Origin: Lama guanicoe | Lineage: Eukaryota | Assembly (NCBI GenBank): GCA_013239625.1 | Contig: MU054187.1 | Span: 13,300,974 to 13,364,973, forward strand | DNA: 64,000 bases | Direction: 5' to 3' | Part shown: positions 35,989 through 49,700 of the stretch, one piece after another | Layout of the letters: each line of letters opens with the position of its first letter | Numbering within the stretch: position 1 is the stretch's first letter | Notes under the pieces: generated by a model | Databases searched by the model: none | What the model was told of the DNA's origin: nothing | What the model saw: the letters and a program-made list of their open reading frames with translations, nothing else | Program-made: the position numbers and the translations under genes

Positions 35989-36903
35989 CTTTATTTGTAG
36001 TATAGTTGGTTTACAGTGTTGTGTTAGTTTCAGGTATACAGCAAAGTGATTCAGATATATTTATATACACACACACATATATATTCTTATTCAGATTCTT
36101 TTCCATTGTACATTATTACAGGATATTGAATATAGTTCCCTGTGCTATATAGTAGGTACTTGTTGTTTATCTATTTTGTATATAGTAGTGTGTGTCTAGT
36201 AATCCCAAACTCCTAATTCATCCCTTCCCTCACCCTTACCATAAGTTTGTTTGCTATGTCTGGGACTCTGTTTCTGTTTTGTAAGTAACTTCATTTGTAT
36301 CATTTTTTTTAGATTTCACCTATAAGTGATACCATATGATATTTGTCTGACTTACTTCACTTAGTATGATAATCTCTAGGCCCACCTATATGACTGCAAA
36401 TGGCATTATTGCACTCTTTTTTATGGCTGAGTAATATTCCATTGCATATATATACCACAGCTTCTTTTTCCAGTCCTCTATTGATGGATAGTTAGGTTGC
36501 TTCTGTGTCTTGGCTATTGTAAATAGTGTTGCTGTGAGCACTGAGATGAGTGTATCTTTTCAAATGAGAGTTTCCATCTTTTCTGAGTATATATACCCAG
36601 GAGTGGGATTGCTGGATCATATAATAGTTCTGAGTTTTTTTAAGAAGCCTTCATACTGTTCTCCATAGTGATTATACCAGTTTACATTCCCATTAACAGC
36701 ATAGGCTGTTTCCTTTTCTCCACACCTTCTCCAACATTTATTATTTGTAAACGTTTGATGATGGCCATGCTGACCAGTGTGAGGTGATACCTCATGGTAG
36801 TTCTGATTTGCATTTCTCTAATAATTAGTGATGCTGAGCGTCTTTTCACATGCCTGTTGGCTATCGGTATGTCCTCTTTGAAGAAACGCCTCTTTAGGTC
36901 TTC
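35989..36903 (-). mobile_element. 5'-truncated L1 (ORF2 end plus 3'UTR), comparatively well preserved
   Basis: GTTAGTTTCAGGTATACAGCAAAGTGATTCAG...CCCAGGAGTGGGATTGCTGGATCATA...GATTTGCATTTCTCTAATAATTAGTGATG; 8-bp TSD TTACTTTT at 35919-35926 and 36904-36911. Confidence 0.92.
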
Positions 36904-39900
36904 TTACTTTTAAAAAGCTGTTTTTTATGCTACTCTAAAATTAGTCTTCTCACCTCCAAACTTTTTATATATTTTTTTCCTATGTTTTTGGGAGGGTATT
37001 TCTCCACTTTCTCAGCTCTCATGGGGAAAGTATAGAGCAAACTCTCTTTAGGGAGAATTTCTTCCAGTGAAAAGGAAAAACCTAAAAATAAATCTGAACA
37101 ATCCAAACACCCATAAGCGCTTTAAAAGAAAATATTCGGATCCCCATGTTTATACACATCCAGAGATGTACATATCCCCAGCAGGCTGGACCAGAGCCCA
37201 CCTCAGTTTCTGCAGTGATGAGAAAAAAAAATAAATGCATATGGAGCCATGCTATAGTGCAACTCTTCTTATAAGCCTTATTGTTTCATGCCAGATAAAA
37301 TAAAAGTGAGTTGATTGGGAAAGAATGCCTAATAATGCTAGCATCATCAAGAAATAGGTTAAAAGATCTTGTAGGGAAATGAGAGCCAAAACAGATCATC
37401 ATAGGCTTATTACATAAATAATAATCTGTCCTCATATTGTGGTTGTGGCGCATAAATCTCGATTCATTTTTCTGACCGTGGGGATGAATGTGACCTGACC
37501 CCGTTCACACAGCCTTGTCCGGACCGCCTCGTGATGAGGGTCAGGAATTTGTGGATGTGGGTGGGATCTGAGTGCAGTCCAGAATATGAATCAGGGGCAC
37601 AGCTTTCTGGTCCAAATCCTGTCCTGGCCATGCTGCCATGGGGCTCTAACCAAATGAGTTACTGCAGGGAGCTGACCGCTTCCACACAATATTTCCAGAG
37701 TTTCAAAGGATGTTTCATTTCTGTTTATTGAACTCACATGTCTAAAAAAGATAGCTGTTCTTAGAACTGACATCCAGCAGGTATGTCTGGGGACACGAGC
37801 ATTTCTCCTGAATATGGTGCCTATGAGTTACAGGTTAGTAAATATCTTGACTATCACCCTGAGTGATTTCATGGTACGATATATCCTGTTCATACAAATA
37901 CTTTTCGAAAGTCTGAAAGCATGTTAGATTTTTAAAACAGCAATGCAAAATCAGACATTCAGAGTCTGATGTCTAAAACTGGCTTTGCTCAGTCCACTTA
38001 GATACGAAGTTTTTAATTTTTTGCCTTGGAGATCTCTTTCTTTCCAGGGTTGCCAGCTGAGTGTTGATAAATGATTCTTCCAGGAAGGACTAGGCTCTCG
38101 CCATTGAAGAAATGATTTCTGTGACCAGAGGATCTACCTGCTTAAGCCAATCACCGAGTCTGGGGACCATCCAGACTTCACAGCAGTTTCAAACTATACA
38201 TTTAGACATTACAGTTTTGAAAAACTTCCAAAACATTTGCCAAGTTCCTCCCCCGTCCCCCCCCAACTTTTAATATTTGAACAGATTTAAGGGAAATCTA
38301 ATCCATATGTTTCTGACTCATTTACACTTGAATCATATATTATTATCTAAGAGCCATTTAATAGCCAACAGCTTTCTGTCACTTGCAAAATATATATTTT
38401 TAGACCTTCTTCCCTTAACAACAACAACAACGACAAAAAACAATTTTGAGCAAACTAACGTGGAAAATAGGTACAATTCTAGTTCAAAGTTCTGTTTTGG
38501 GCTCATCTTAAACTTGGCAAAGGGTGCTCCTTACATGTTCTCTATTTGTTATGTTAACTTCAGAAGCATGCCAATTTTTCATTCTTTTACTATATAATTA
38601 TTAACTTTAGTGCCGTTGTGGTTCCTGTTAATTCATTCCACACGTTGGATATCCTCTGAGGACCTTTATTTTTCAAGTATCTTCAAGCTTAGGTCATTTG
38701 GGGCTGAAAGAGGAAAAGAAACAATTTGGGGGGCAATTTTGCTTTTTTTGGAATGGTGAATAATTTTTCAGCAAATAACTTCTTAAAAGGCATATACACT
38801 CTGTGATCCCTAGCCAGCTCTGAATTATTTTTTCTTCATTTTGAAAACAAATAAATAAAATTCCAGACAGCACAATCATTCTAGGAAAATGCTCTAAGGA
38901 GGCCAATAGCCATTAATGCAGTCCTTGAATTTAAGGTGATTTGAATCAGAATCTGCTGTTTCCAATGCACTCATGAATAAAGAGGATTGAAGGACTGGGA
39001 ACCTCAAAAACACTAGTATTACACATTACTGTATGACAGCCAAAAGCTTTTATTTTTTTAGCAAATATTATTTTTTCACTTTCTCCAAAAAGTTCATCTT
39101 GTTTAATGCATTTCAGTAATGGCCGTAGATATGTTTCTATTTCTCACTGAAAATACTTCTATTAATTGCTTCCATGTGTTGGTATCCACGCTGATGTAAA
39201 GTTGTCTTTGCTGGGAAGCACCTAGTTACTTACTTTGACATGATGTTTTAAGTATTCTGTCTTTTCCTTACATTTGTTTAACAGCTCCATACACTTGATA
39301 GAGTTCAATTGCTATCAGATTTATAGCTCTATCTTGAGAAATAAAATGGAGCCCAAGAATTTTGGGAAGAACAATTACTGTTGGCCCCATGAGATATTTC
39401 ATGCATGTGTATGTGATCTGGCAAACTATTTTCCAATGCATATTTCTCATGAGGTATAATTAACACGTGCCAGGAATATCCAGGCTCCATTAAGCTATTT
39501 ATCTCAAGAGTTTAAAATTCACTTTTCATTAAAAAGGAAACTACACACATTCAAATATATCCATGAAGGTTTATTTTGATTGGAGGTATATCAGAGGTTA
39601 TTAGAAGATTCAGTAAAAATAGTTCAGACTACGTCTACGTGACAAATTCATCGTAGTTTCACAGTGCGTAAGTCTGCAGCAATTCACAGTAGACGCAAAA
39701 TCAACGGCATGATAAAAAGAATGGTTGGCGTGGGTGGCCAGGTCTTTGCCGTCAATTGATTTGCTGTCCCCACTCGCCTCCCCCGGCCCAGGAGCCATTT
39801 CATCAGCTTATGTACCTGACTGACAGCATCTCAAGACTTTTCTTTCTAGTCTCCCACTTCCTTTACTCCAGTGCCATCGCTCACCCTCCCTGCCACATGT

Positions 39901-40559
39901 AAGACATCCTAAGACACCCTACTCCTGTCTGCAGCTCCCACCAACACAGACAGAGACTTTAGCTTGGAAGATATACTTGCACACATATAGAGGAAAGGGA
40001 GCTAATATTTTTGAAAATCTCACACTGATCCCAATGCCTTGCATACCTAAGCATGCTTTAGAGAATCACCTGCTCATTGACAATCTATGTGGTGTAATTT
40101 ATCTCTATGAGATAGAGGTGTTTCAAGGAGACACGCACAAAAGGTTTTGTCATCTCCTTTAGTAGCCACAGTGCTGAAGCATGAGTAGCATGTGTCAAAG
40201 AGACAGACACTGATCTGAGCAGTGCCAGCAGTTGCCTGCTATTATTAAATCTACATTTTAAAACCCTGATCTTGTTTTAGAAGTAAAAATTGCTGTTTTG
40301 ATTCCTACTTCAAGCCAGAGAAACAAAACACACGTTTTGGCAGTACTGGACAATACTAAGAAAGTCTCCAAGCAGAAGCCAATTCCTTTACAGTTGACAT
40401 TCCAAAGGCTTATTTCTTAAGGATCCTTGGTCAAATGTTCAGAGAATTTATGTTCTGAAATCCTGACTCTACCATTGGCTTGGCACACAGCCTAGGGCAT
40501 GTCACTTGGATACTAAGTATCTTGAGAAATTAATATAGGGTATGAGACTGTGGGGTCCT

Positions 40560-40820
40560 GGAGGAAGGGCGAGCCTGTATTCAGGCCTAGGTATGTTGAT
40601 ATGACTACAAACATGGAAATAGGGGAGCCCAGGGTGGTTCATGGCATGGCTGGGGAGCAGAGAGACAGAGAGGAAGTAGCAGGAGAGATGACCTGGGGCC
40701 ACATTGAGATCAATTCCTTAAGCCATGCTCTTGAGTTTGTGCTTTATCCTCAGTGGCCAAAGGGAGCCACTGACATGGTTAAGCAGGGAGGTGACAGTCA
40801 TTTAGAAAGCTCACTCTGGC
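40560..40820 (-). mobile_element. L2 fragment
   Basis: GAGTTTGTGCTTTATCCT...GGGAGCCACTGA...TTAAGCAGGGAGGTGAC...TTTAGAAAGCTCACTCTGG. Confidence 0.65.
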
Positions 40821-42473
40821 CAAAACAGTGTTTTTTTGAAGTTCAAGGTCAACAGAAGCACTGTGGACCTTAGGAGGCAACTCAGCATTACTCTACCAGG
40901 ATCAAGGGGGAAGCCACCACCTAATCAAGACCTACACTTTCAAGGTGCTCTTAGTTCTGTATAATAATAGAACAAGACAGATGGTGTCACATAAGCTGTT
41001 TTAATGGCAAAAAAGCTTGAAAACTAAGTGCCTTCTCTGTGTACACCTTCTATTGTTAACAGGATAGTCTAGTAACAGTTTTCACCACATGATTAATCTT
41101 TAATATTGCTATTTATATCTACCGAATTCATACTAGGTGATAACAAATGTAAATTATTCCATCTTCTTCTAGGTTATCTGTAGATTGAGACCAATTAATC
41201 AAATTCTCAGTGTGATCTTCAGATGTCCCTATGTGAGAGTGATTCTGAATAATTTGCTAATGTCACTAAAGGACACATTTCCTCCTATTCCAACTAAAAT
41301 ATTGTACTGAAGTTGCCATTTCTTTGAATCAATTCAAAACCCATTCCTGGACCACTCGACTCCTTTAAAACCTATCAGCCTCACTAATATTTCTTTAACT
41401 TTGGCACCTAGAAGGGACTATTGGAGAACTGGTTATGATGACCAGAAAGAGAAGGAGCGGCAGAGAGACAATTTGAGGTATGGACTGAGAAAACACCAAG
41501 TGGAGAAAGAAAGTCATCAATCTGCAGTGGGGCTTTTGCTCAGGGGTAGAGAGAATTAAACTTGGCCCAGGCTGGGGAGAATAGCTGTTCTGTGATCGTT
41601 ATTACTTCTGATTGTCATACATTCATTTTTCCACTGGAAAAAAATATTTATTCCACTAGCCGCTCCATGGGACATGACAAATACATAATAAATGGAAACA
41701 ATAACTCCATTTGATACAATTTATTTCAGTGGGTCAAGGCACATTTTTATTGCTCGCGGTCGAGGACCTTGTGCTTGGAGTGTGTTCCTGTGTCTATTTA
41801 TCAAGAGACAGGTACTGATATTGGCGGAAGAGGGGGACCAACAGGAACTAATCAATTCCAAGCTCGTGGTTTCGTTGGAGTTCTTCAGCTGCCAAACGCA
41901 CAGGCTGCATTCAACATTCTAAGAGCCTAGGAAACCACAAGCCAGGAAAACCCGCTTTGCTCTTACAGTGGCACATCCTGCAGAAGGACAGATTTCCCTG
42001 GTTCGGGGTGCACCATGACATTTGGTGGTGAGCAGGAGGTGGGGGCTGATGCTGGCCTTCGGAGAAGCCTGGCACTGTTGACCGTTGAGCCAGCTGCCTG
42101 GCCTCACATTACTTGGAAAACAACCCTTCATTTTTCACTCCCCCGAAGCTGGAGGGCGGTAATTCTCGGGCTCATTACCCTTGTCTGTAAAATATTGCAA
42201 TGTGAGAATGTGCTGGAGAGGGTTTCAAAGCCGGAGGACTTTGCGGTCTCGATATCTACTTGGGTGCCCAGCTCTGCGTTTTATGGCACCATCGCCCTGG
42301 GTGCTCTGTGGGCATCATACTAGATAAGCACATTGCTGCAGCCAAAGCCCAGAGGACCCGGGGTGACCAGACCATTTTTCTGTCTGTCATTAAAAATCTG
42401 ATTGCATAGAGATATTTCTAAGCTATATATTGTGAAACGAAAAAAAAGATGGATAGATAGGTATGTATGTAGA

Positions 42474-42498
42474 ATATATATATATATATATATATATA
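42474..42498. repeat. (AT)n microsatellite
   Basis: Perfect AT run. Confidence 0.9.
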
Positions 42499-42624
42499 AT
42501 TTGTAATATTCATAGGGGAAAATCTGGGAAGCCACGACAGCGATGTTGCAGATAGTTTCTTCTGAATAGTGGGATTTAGGTTAGTATTTCCACGCGTTTA
42601 TTGCCTGTGCTTTTTTCAGAGAGC

Positions 42625-42805
42625 TGACTCTGGGTTTGAGTTCTTCCCCCACACACGATACTAGCTGGCGATTTAGGGTGTTTTTTAACTTCTCTAAATA
42701 TCAGCGTCTCTACTTGTACAAATGGAAATAATCATCAGACCCACTACGAAATGAAATGAGGTTAGATATGTAAAAGCTTGGTTCAAGTCCTGGCTCACGC
42801 TGAGC
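42625..42805 (+). mobile_element. MIR SINE
   Basis: CTGGGTTTGAGT..CTAGCTG...TTAACTTCTCT...AAATGGAAATAATCA...ATGTAAAAGCTT. Confidence 0.6.
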
Positions 42806-44136
42806 ACCCCGTGAACATCCGTCCTCGCGCACACCGTGCTATTCTGTCGTGCTGTTGGTGGTGCCATACGTGTATTTGGTGAAACTGACAGAGGCGGCGA
42901 TCACCTGAGACCTGTGCCCACCTGCTCACGTGTGTGTGTCGTTCATGGACCTCATGGACCAGGGTTATCCGTCCCAGCAGTGCTTCCCAAGACGGGTGGG
43001 ATTGGTGGGTTCCAAGCTCACCCACACCACTCACCAAAGTTGCTTGGTCCATACCTTATCTAAGAAAACCATACATTTGTGTTTTCTGCCTTAACTAAAA
43101 AGAAAATAATCTTCAGACCATGGCTACTCACCAGGATCCTTTACATTCTCTTAAGTCACTAGGGCTGTATTGAAAGTCCTAGGTAACTTAATTGGAGGGT
43201 CCTATGAGAGAATTCCAGAATGAACATCCCAGTCTTATGATCAAGTGCCTCATCTGAACAAAACAAGTGCATGATTCTTGCCATCTTGCAGATCCTGAGA
43301 GTAAATAGGCAATGGGTGAGACTGCATGCTTGCAGACCTATTTGCTTAGGATGCTGGAAATCCTTACCTTCACGTTTATCAGAGTCGAGACGTTTAGGAA
43401 GGGTTGTTGAAATTTCAGATTGATCTCTAAGTATTTTGAGTTTCTCTACAAGGTTCAAGAGATTGCACCTGCATCTCCTCTCTGTAAAGACACGTAGATG
43501 CGCTCTGTGCATTTTTATAAGGAGAATCGACCTTAGGCCGGAGCATCTTCCCATGGATGAGATTCCAGAAACCTCAAAATGCCATGTCTCCCAAAAAGCT
43601 GTCACCCCACCCATCTGCCAGGATGTGGCCCTCCCCGCCTCTAACTGGTCTGAAATTCCCTCAGAGGAGTCATTTCCCTGGATTAGTCATTATCTCCAGA
43701 GAACTGACATTTTGATGGGAAGGGGTTAGGATTCTAGTTTGAGGAGCTCTCTCGGCCTGCCTGCTTTCCACTGGCCCGGGTAAGTCATCTCCACTCTGAA
43801 CAACTCTTAGCAGTTTCCAAAAGGCAAGTTGACCCCTGCACGTATTGGCAGATGCAGGCAATGTGAGGAAATAATTGTAGCCCAGTCTGATCAGACTTAG
43901 TGAGGCAGGAAAAGAGGAGGAGCTTCTAGAGGCTGGGCCTTCGACTCTGGGAGTATTTTAAGGTGGGGCGTGGTGGTGGGTGAGGTAGAGGAAATATCCA
44001 GGGCTTGCTGAGGGGGTTGTGCCCCAAAGGGAGTGGGGAGAACCTAAGCCCGGCCAGGATGACTTCCTTATTTTGTCTCAGGTCCAGTCTGCCCTATAAT
44101 GATGTTAGTGCAGGGAATCGTAAAGATCGTCCTGTC

Positions 44137-44270
44137 CAATGGTTCTGGATGGATTGAAAGTCGTGGGGAGCTAGTAAAAATGAGTTTTCCCAGCCCACTT
44201 CTAGGAATTTTGATAGGCCTGGCAGAGCCAGGGCAGAAATCTGCATTATCACAAGTATTGGTGATGCAGG
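44137..44270. mobile_element. MER5-type MITE fragment
   Basis: CAATGGTTCT...GGGGAGCTAGTAAAAATG...AATCTGCATT..CACAAG. Confidence 0.45.
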
Positions 44271-44989
44271 GGACAGTTGGACAAACTGTAGCGTCCTGGG
44301 ATCTCGAACTCCCAAAAGTGGACAATGTCCTGTGTCTGCAGACATCATTCAGCTCCATCCTTTTAATCCTCAAGTCCTTAGATTTGACTCAGACGAGATT
44401 AAGGTGACAGGACATGGTCCGAAACTTCATTCTCCACCTTTAGGGTTCTATTGAGGGAAAACTGACGTTGATGATTATAAAAATCAGAGAGTGGCAGAAT
44501 AAAACAAATAGGATTTTAAAAATATTGAATAGGGAGAAAGTTGCTGTAATAATAAATCAAGCAGTTAAATAAAGTCGTGGGGAGAGATGTGAAGTCTCTC
44601 TCTTGCTCTCACACACACAAATGTACAGGGAATTGGCATAATGCCAGAATTTTTTTTTTAAAGCCAAAACACTAGAAAAAGAACAGTAAGTCCAGAGTAA
44701 CTGAATTGTGGTGTAAAAACACAGGGCCAATGTTTCTGTTTGCGAATTGCAACATTTTGGCTGCCAATTCTATCTTTCTGAACTTCGCCACAGAGATCTG
44801 GAGAATTAAATACTGAGCTCCCAGTTTTGCTTTTCTTCATTATTTGCCCTTTCTTATAGAAGTGCTTTAAAACGTGGAGACGCTGTTTTGCTCGGAGAGA
44901 TTTAATCACAATATTTGGGTACCTGATTCATGGAGGGTGGTGATGAATGCAGCCTTTCATTCTTATGCACGTATCCATTCACCTACTGA

Positions 44990-45305
44990 CTGAGATTTAG
45001 AAGCTGACGTCCACTCCAAAATGATCTCATCGTCCTCCCTCAAACCCTCCTCTTCTCCAGCGTTGAACGGCTTCCGTAGTGGCATTATTGTCCTTCGCGT
45101 CTCTCTTTCCCTCACTAGCCACCCTTTTCCCAACTCCATGACAAGCATCCTTGAAAATCTAAGTATTGACTAAATTGTCTTTCCCCTGCCTCAATCGGGG
45201 ATTGTCTGATTTTTCTTTGAATCTCTCCTGTGAGGCAAGTACCTGATCAGAGTAGGTGTTTAATGAAAGTGGAAGGAAGGAATGAAACAGGGAATGAATG
45301 AATGA
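44990..45305 (+). mobile_element. L2 fragment with TGAA-type tail
   Basis: AGTAGGTGTTTAATGAA...GAATGAATGAATGA terminus. Confidence 0.6.
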
Positions 45306-45464
45306 TTCATCCTTTAATCTCTCTCACATGCATATCTTCTTTTTACCACCGGGGTTATAATTCAGATCTGCAATCCCCCTGAACAGACCACTGAAGTTGT
45401 TTACTGACACAACCTCACTTCTATTTTCTCCCCACCACTACCATCCGTTCCCCACACCAACCCT

Positions 45465-45935
45465 TCAAGCAAGGATCTGATCTTGTTACATCTCATGAAG
45501 TCTAAAGGCCTAAAATTGGCACTCAAAGCCCCCCCACCATTTGGCTCCAATTTATATTCTCAGTCCTACCCCCTACTCCACCCCCGTTAAATCCCTGCTT
45601 TAACTGGTCCGGACTACAAATATGGCTTTGCCAGTTTCTCAGTCTTTCTTTCTGTCTAGAATGTTCCTGCCTGGATGCCCATGGCCACCCCATCTCATCC
45701 TATCCAAATCCTACCCACTTTGAAGGTTTGCTTGTATAGAGCAGTTTGCTCTGTCCCCTTGGGGTAAATTTTACTTACAGCATTCATCATTTGTCACCAT
45801 ATCTTATCTTCCTCTACTAGATTATTGTATCATGATGGGGAGAATTTGTGCTTCATTTATCTTCCTTCCACAGTGTTTAGAAAGTGCCTTATACATTTTA
45901 GGTACTCAGTAAATGATTCTAATTGAATTGAGTTG
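45465..45935 (+). mobile_element. L2 3' fragment
   Basis: TCTGTCTAGAATGTTC...TAGGTACTCAGTAAATG...AATTGAATTGAGTTGAA. Confidence 0.65.
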
Positions 45936-46264
45936 AACACAGAACTGCAATACAGTCCCTACCCTTAAAAGAATTCATGAAAGAACACAACAGAGACAAA
46001 GCCGTCAGCCTTTGGCCCTGGAGATATTTTACTGCCAGCTAGAAAATGCAGATTTGTACCATGTCCTATCAGTGTCTCTTATGTGTTTGACACTGAGAGT
46101 GTAGAATCCTTCTGCTCTGATACCTCCAGCCCAATCAGGGTATTAGCAATAAAACGTTAAACACACATAAAATTTAGCATTTTCAGTTGATAAGGGACTT
46201 AAAGATCTCTTCTATATCCCTCATACCAAACATGAAGATGCTGAATGAAGCCCAAGGAGGTTAG

Positions 46265-46460
46265 TAATATCCTTGCACCTTTACTATGTGCCAAATGCTG
46301 AGCTAAAGACTTTATGTGCAATTCACCCTGGATCCTTATCACCCGGTGAAGTGGACACAGCTGTTAGTCCACATTTCACAGGTCGGGAAGCTGAGGCTTG
46401 GAGAGGGTGAATAACTTGCCCAGATTACGTGAAGCAAGAAGCAGACAGAATCAGGGTTAA
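46265..46460 (-). mobile_element. MIR SINE
   Basis: TACTATGTGCCAAATGCTG...GAAGCTGAGGCTTGGAGAGGGTGAATAACTTGCCCA. Confidence 0.75.
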
Positions 46461-46837
46461 ATATAGAGATATAGGTATATATATATATATAGATACATAG
46501 TCTGGTTCAACCATATTCTTCATTATGTAGGTAATGCAATGTTTTCAAGATCTTGCAGTGAGTTAGAGGTGGGCACAAGATGACAACTCCAGATTTCTGA
46601 AACCTGTTCCATGTCTCCTTCATTTATCACTTTCATTTGGATTTTGCTAGTAAATATGGCAAGTTTGCAAGTCCTTAGGAAATGCAAATTAACATTGAAT
46701 ACAATTTCCTTCATATCTCTGAGTGGGGGTGGGTACTCTTCTTTATCTATTCTAATGTCTTCTGTGCTTTTCTATATGTTTGCAATTACCTATAATTTTA
46801 AAAGTCTAAAAGCAAATACTTTATAATAACCATAAAT

Positions 46838-46945
46838 AGAGTATAACACTTGTAAATTGTGAATCACCATAGTGTAGACCTGCAACTTCCATAACAGTGC
46901 ACATTAATTATATTTCAATTAAAAAATAAAGAAAGAAAAATAAAT
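46838..46945 (+). mobile_element. Very short L1 3' terminus with A-rich tail
   Basis: TTGTGAATCACCATAGTGTAGACCTG..ACT...ATTTCAATTAAAAAATAAA. Confidence 0.65.
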
Positions 46946-47696
46946 TCAAAAGGCTATGTCCAAAACATTAATAAAATAGGATTTATTATTCTTCAACACT
47001 AGAGAATCATTCTCTAGGGAAGGGCTGTGTCAAAAGCTCCTTGGCAGGCTTTATTTTATCAGCAATAATCCTTTTCAAGAAGATTTTCTACTGCGACTCA
47101 TCTGGGAACACAATTTTTAATTTAGGTAATGAGTTTGCAGGACAATGTATCAGAAGTGAGGGAAGATCAGCATACAGTAAAGATGGGGCGGGGGTGCAAC
47201 ATAGTCCTTTCCCAGGCAGAGGCTGCCCTCTGCTGGAAGAAAGACGCTTTCACAGCCCCCTAGCGGATTCAACCACTGAATTCTTGTATCAGGTGTGCTA
47301 CATGAGGCAAGATTGTTAGGTATTAAATGCCGCATTTATATTCATTATGTGAAAATCTTATTGCCTTGGATCTGAAAAGAAGGATCTGAGCTTCAGGTTT
47401 GTGGATTCAGTTAATGAGATGATCTTCACGCATGCCTAAAAAAAAAATCACCTTTTTACTTTATAATGACTCCCCAAATGACCAAATCTTATTTAATGGG
47501 AGGTCAGAGCCACTAACCAGAGCATTTCTTTTACTCTCCTGCCAAAAGGAAGTGCCAAGTTTCCGTCACAGAGTAGTGGTCCAGATTACAAGATGTATGC
47601 AAACCACCCAAGCGCAAAGCCAGGCACACAGTAATTGCTCAGCAAATAGAAGTTTTCCTCATTATCTTTATCTTCATCATAATCATATCTACAGCA

Positions 47697-48077
47697 GGAT
47701 ATTAGTGTGCTAGGACTGCCATAACAAAACACACAGACTGGGCGGCTGTAAGCAACAGAAATTTATATTCTCACAATTCTGGAGGCTACAAGTCCAAGAT
47801 CAAGATGACACTGGGCTTGGTTTCTGGAGCGACGACTCTTCCTGGCTTGTAGACAGCCAACTTCCTACTGTGTTTTCACGTGGATTTCCTTCTGTGCACG
47901 TGCCGGGAGACAGAGCTCTGGCGTCTCTTCCTCTTCTATTGAGGACGCCAGTCCCATTGGATTAGGTCCCACCCATATGACATCACTTAGCCTTAATTAC
48001 CTCTGTAAAGCCCCTACTTCTAAATATAATCACATTAGGGGTTAGGGCTTTGGGGCAACACAACTGAGTCCGTAACT
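47697..48077 (-). mobile_element. MaLR solo LTR (MLT1A/B-like)
   Basis: TAGGACTGCCATAACAAA..CACAGACTGGG...TCTCACAATTCTGGAGGCT..AAGTCCAAGATCAAG...CTTAATTACCTC. Confidence 0.9.
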
Positions 48078-49524
48078 CGGAGGACAATAAAACGTCTCTT
48101 GGGCACATCCTGGAATGCACAGACAGGTTGGTTGCCTGCCTTTCTACTGTCTTGGTCTGCAACTGGGTAAAATGAGCATTCAGGTGTGATAAAATGACCC
48201 TGCGGCATTGTACAACTCCCTGGGACCGTCTAGCCTGAAACTCACAGGCTGGCCTCCCGCACTTCAGGAAGATTTTCAATGAGGGCTGAAGAACTTTATA
48301 TTCAACACGAAAGGAGTTAGATAAACCTTAATTTAAGCTGAAAATTCAACAAGAAATATCCCAGTCCTCAAAGCCCGTCTGCTTAGTGGAGGTTTCACTC
48401 TTTTATTTTCCAGTGGTTTCATCTCACATCTTAAAGCCAGAGTAGATTCTCTAGTGCGGACCAACCACAGGGCCAGTCAGCCTGTCCTTGTTGACACCAA
48501 GGCTCCAACAGAATCGAAGCAACTGTTGGTCCATAGAGGGAGGTCGCTTTGTACTGGGAATAAAAGTTATGTTGTGCCCCCAGGGCTATTTTTTGGACTC
48601 CCAAGTTGCTAATTCATTCGCAAGTCATTTAAGACCCAAGGCACTATTTGGTATAGTGTAGTAAGTATAGCAGAAACGCTGAAAAAGTGCTCAGGTCTTT
48701 GTGGATTTCACTTAAAAAAAATTATGAGCATTTTGGTGAGAACATCAGCTTTTACTGGAACCACCACCACATCGCTTTCAAAGAACAACTCAGGGAAATG
48801 AGACAATGCATTCACATCATTCCTATTTTGCTTGCTGAGATTTAAATTTTTCTTGTGTTTTGTGGGTAAGAAATCAAGCAGAGGAAGAGAACAAATTAAT
48901 ACAGAGAAGAACACGACGAATCTATAGGTTTAGAACAATGGGCATCTGGCCTTCCACCTCCTCCTCGTCTTACTGTGGAAAATATTTCGGCCTTTGACAA
49001 GTGGTCAACGCTTGTTGCACTAGAGTGCTTTCCTTTCAGAAGAATAACAATCCCCGTGGTTTTAAAAATCTTCTTGGTCAGCCCAAGATTATTCCCAATA
49101 GTTTTTTTTTTTTTCCATGCGTAGCAGATACTTTTGTGACTTCATTCTTTCAGGGATCTCGAGGGACTTGCGAGGAATGAGACTTCTTCACCAGGCCAGC
49201 TAGACTTTTGAGAATCCAGCCGCAGGCTCAGACACTTCACCTGCTCCTCCTCCTTCTAACCATTAACGCACTGATCCCTAAACACGCTGTAGTTGCTCTT
49301 CACTTCACATGCCTTTGCGTAAGCTGTTGCTTCTGTCTAGAACGCCTCTCTAACCCCATCTTGTCTGTCTGTCAAACTGGTAACCATTTACATTTTAGAT
49401 TAAATCTTTTGACGCTTTGAAACATCATAATTGCAACAGAAGTCATTTGTGTAGAACGTGCCTTTGTTATAAGAAGTGACAGCACCTCTTAATAATGAAA
49501 GGCAACTCTTTCCTTACACAATCG

Positions 49525-49700
49525 CAATAGCGCACATTTTTGAGTCCATCATGTGGTAAGAACTCTGTTGTATATTTCACGTGCGTTGCTCCTTCTCCTC
49601 CTATGAAATTGCATAGTTGTGGAAACTGAGGCTAGGAGGAGTTAAGGGGTGGGCCTGTGATTACACAGTTCCTGTGTGTGGAGCTCAGCTGGAAGCCCAT
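49525..49700 (-). mobile_element. MIR SINE
   Basis: CATTTTTGAG...GGAAACTGAGGCTAGGAGGAGTTAAG...ACACAG. Confidence 0.6.

Noticed and set aside
39794..39804. GCCATTTCATC shared (inverted) with 14149-14159 in two enhancer-like blocks
   Set aside because: An 11-mer match is not significant.
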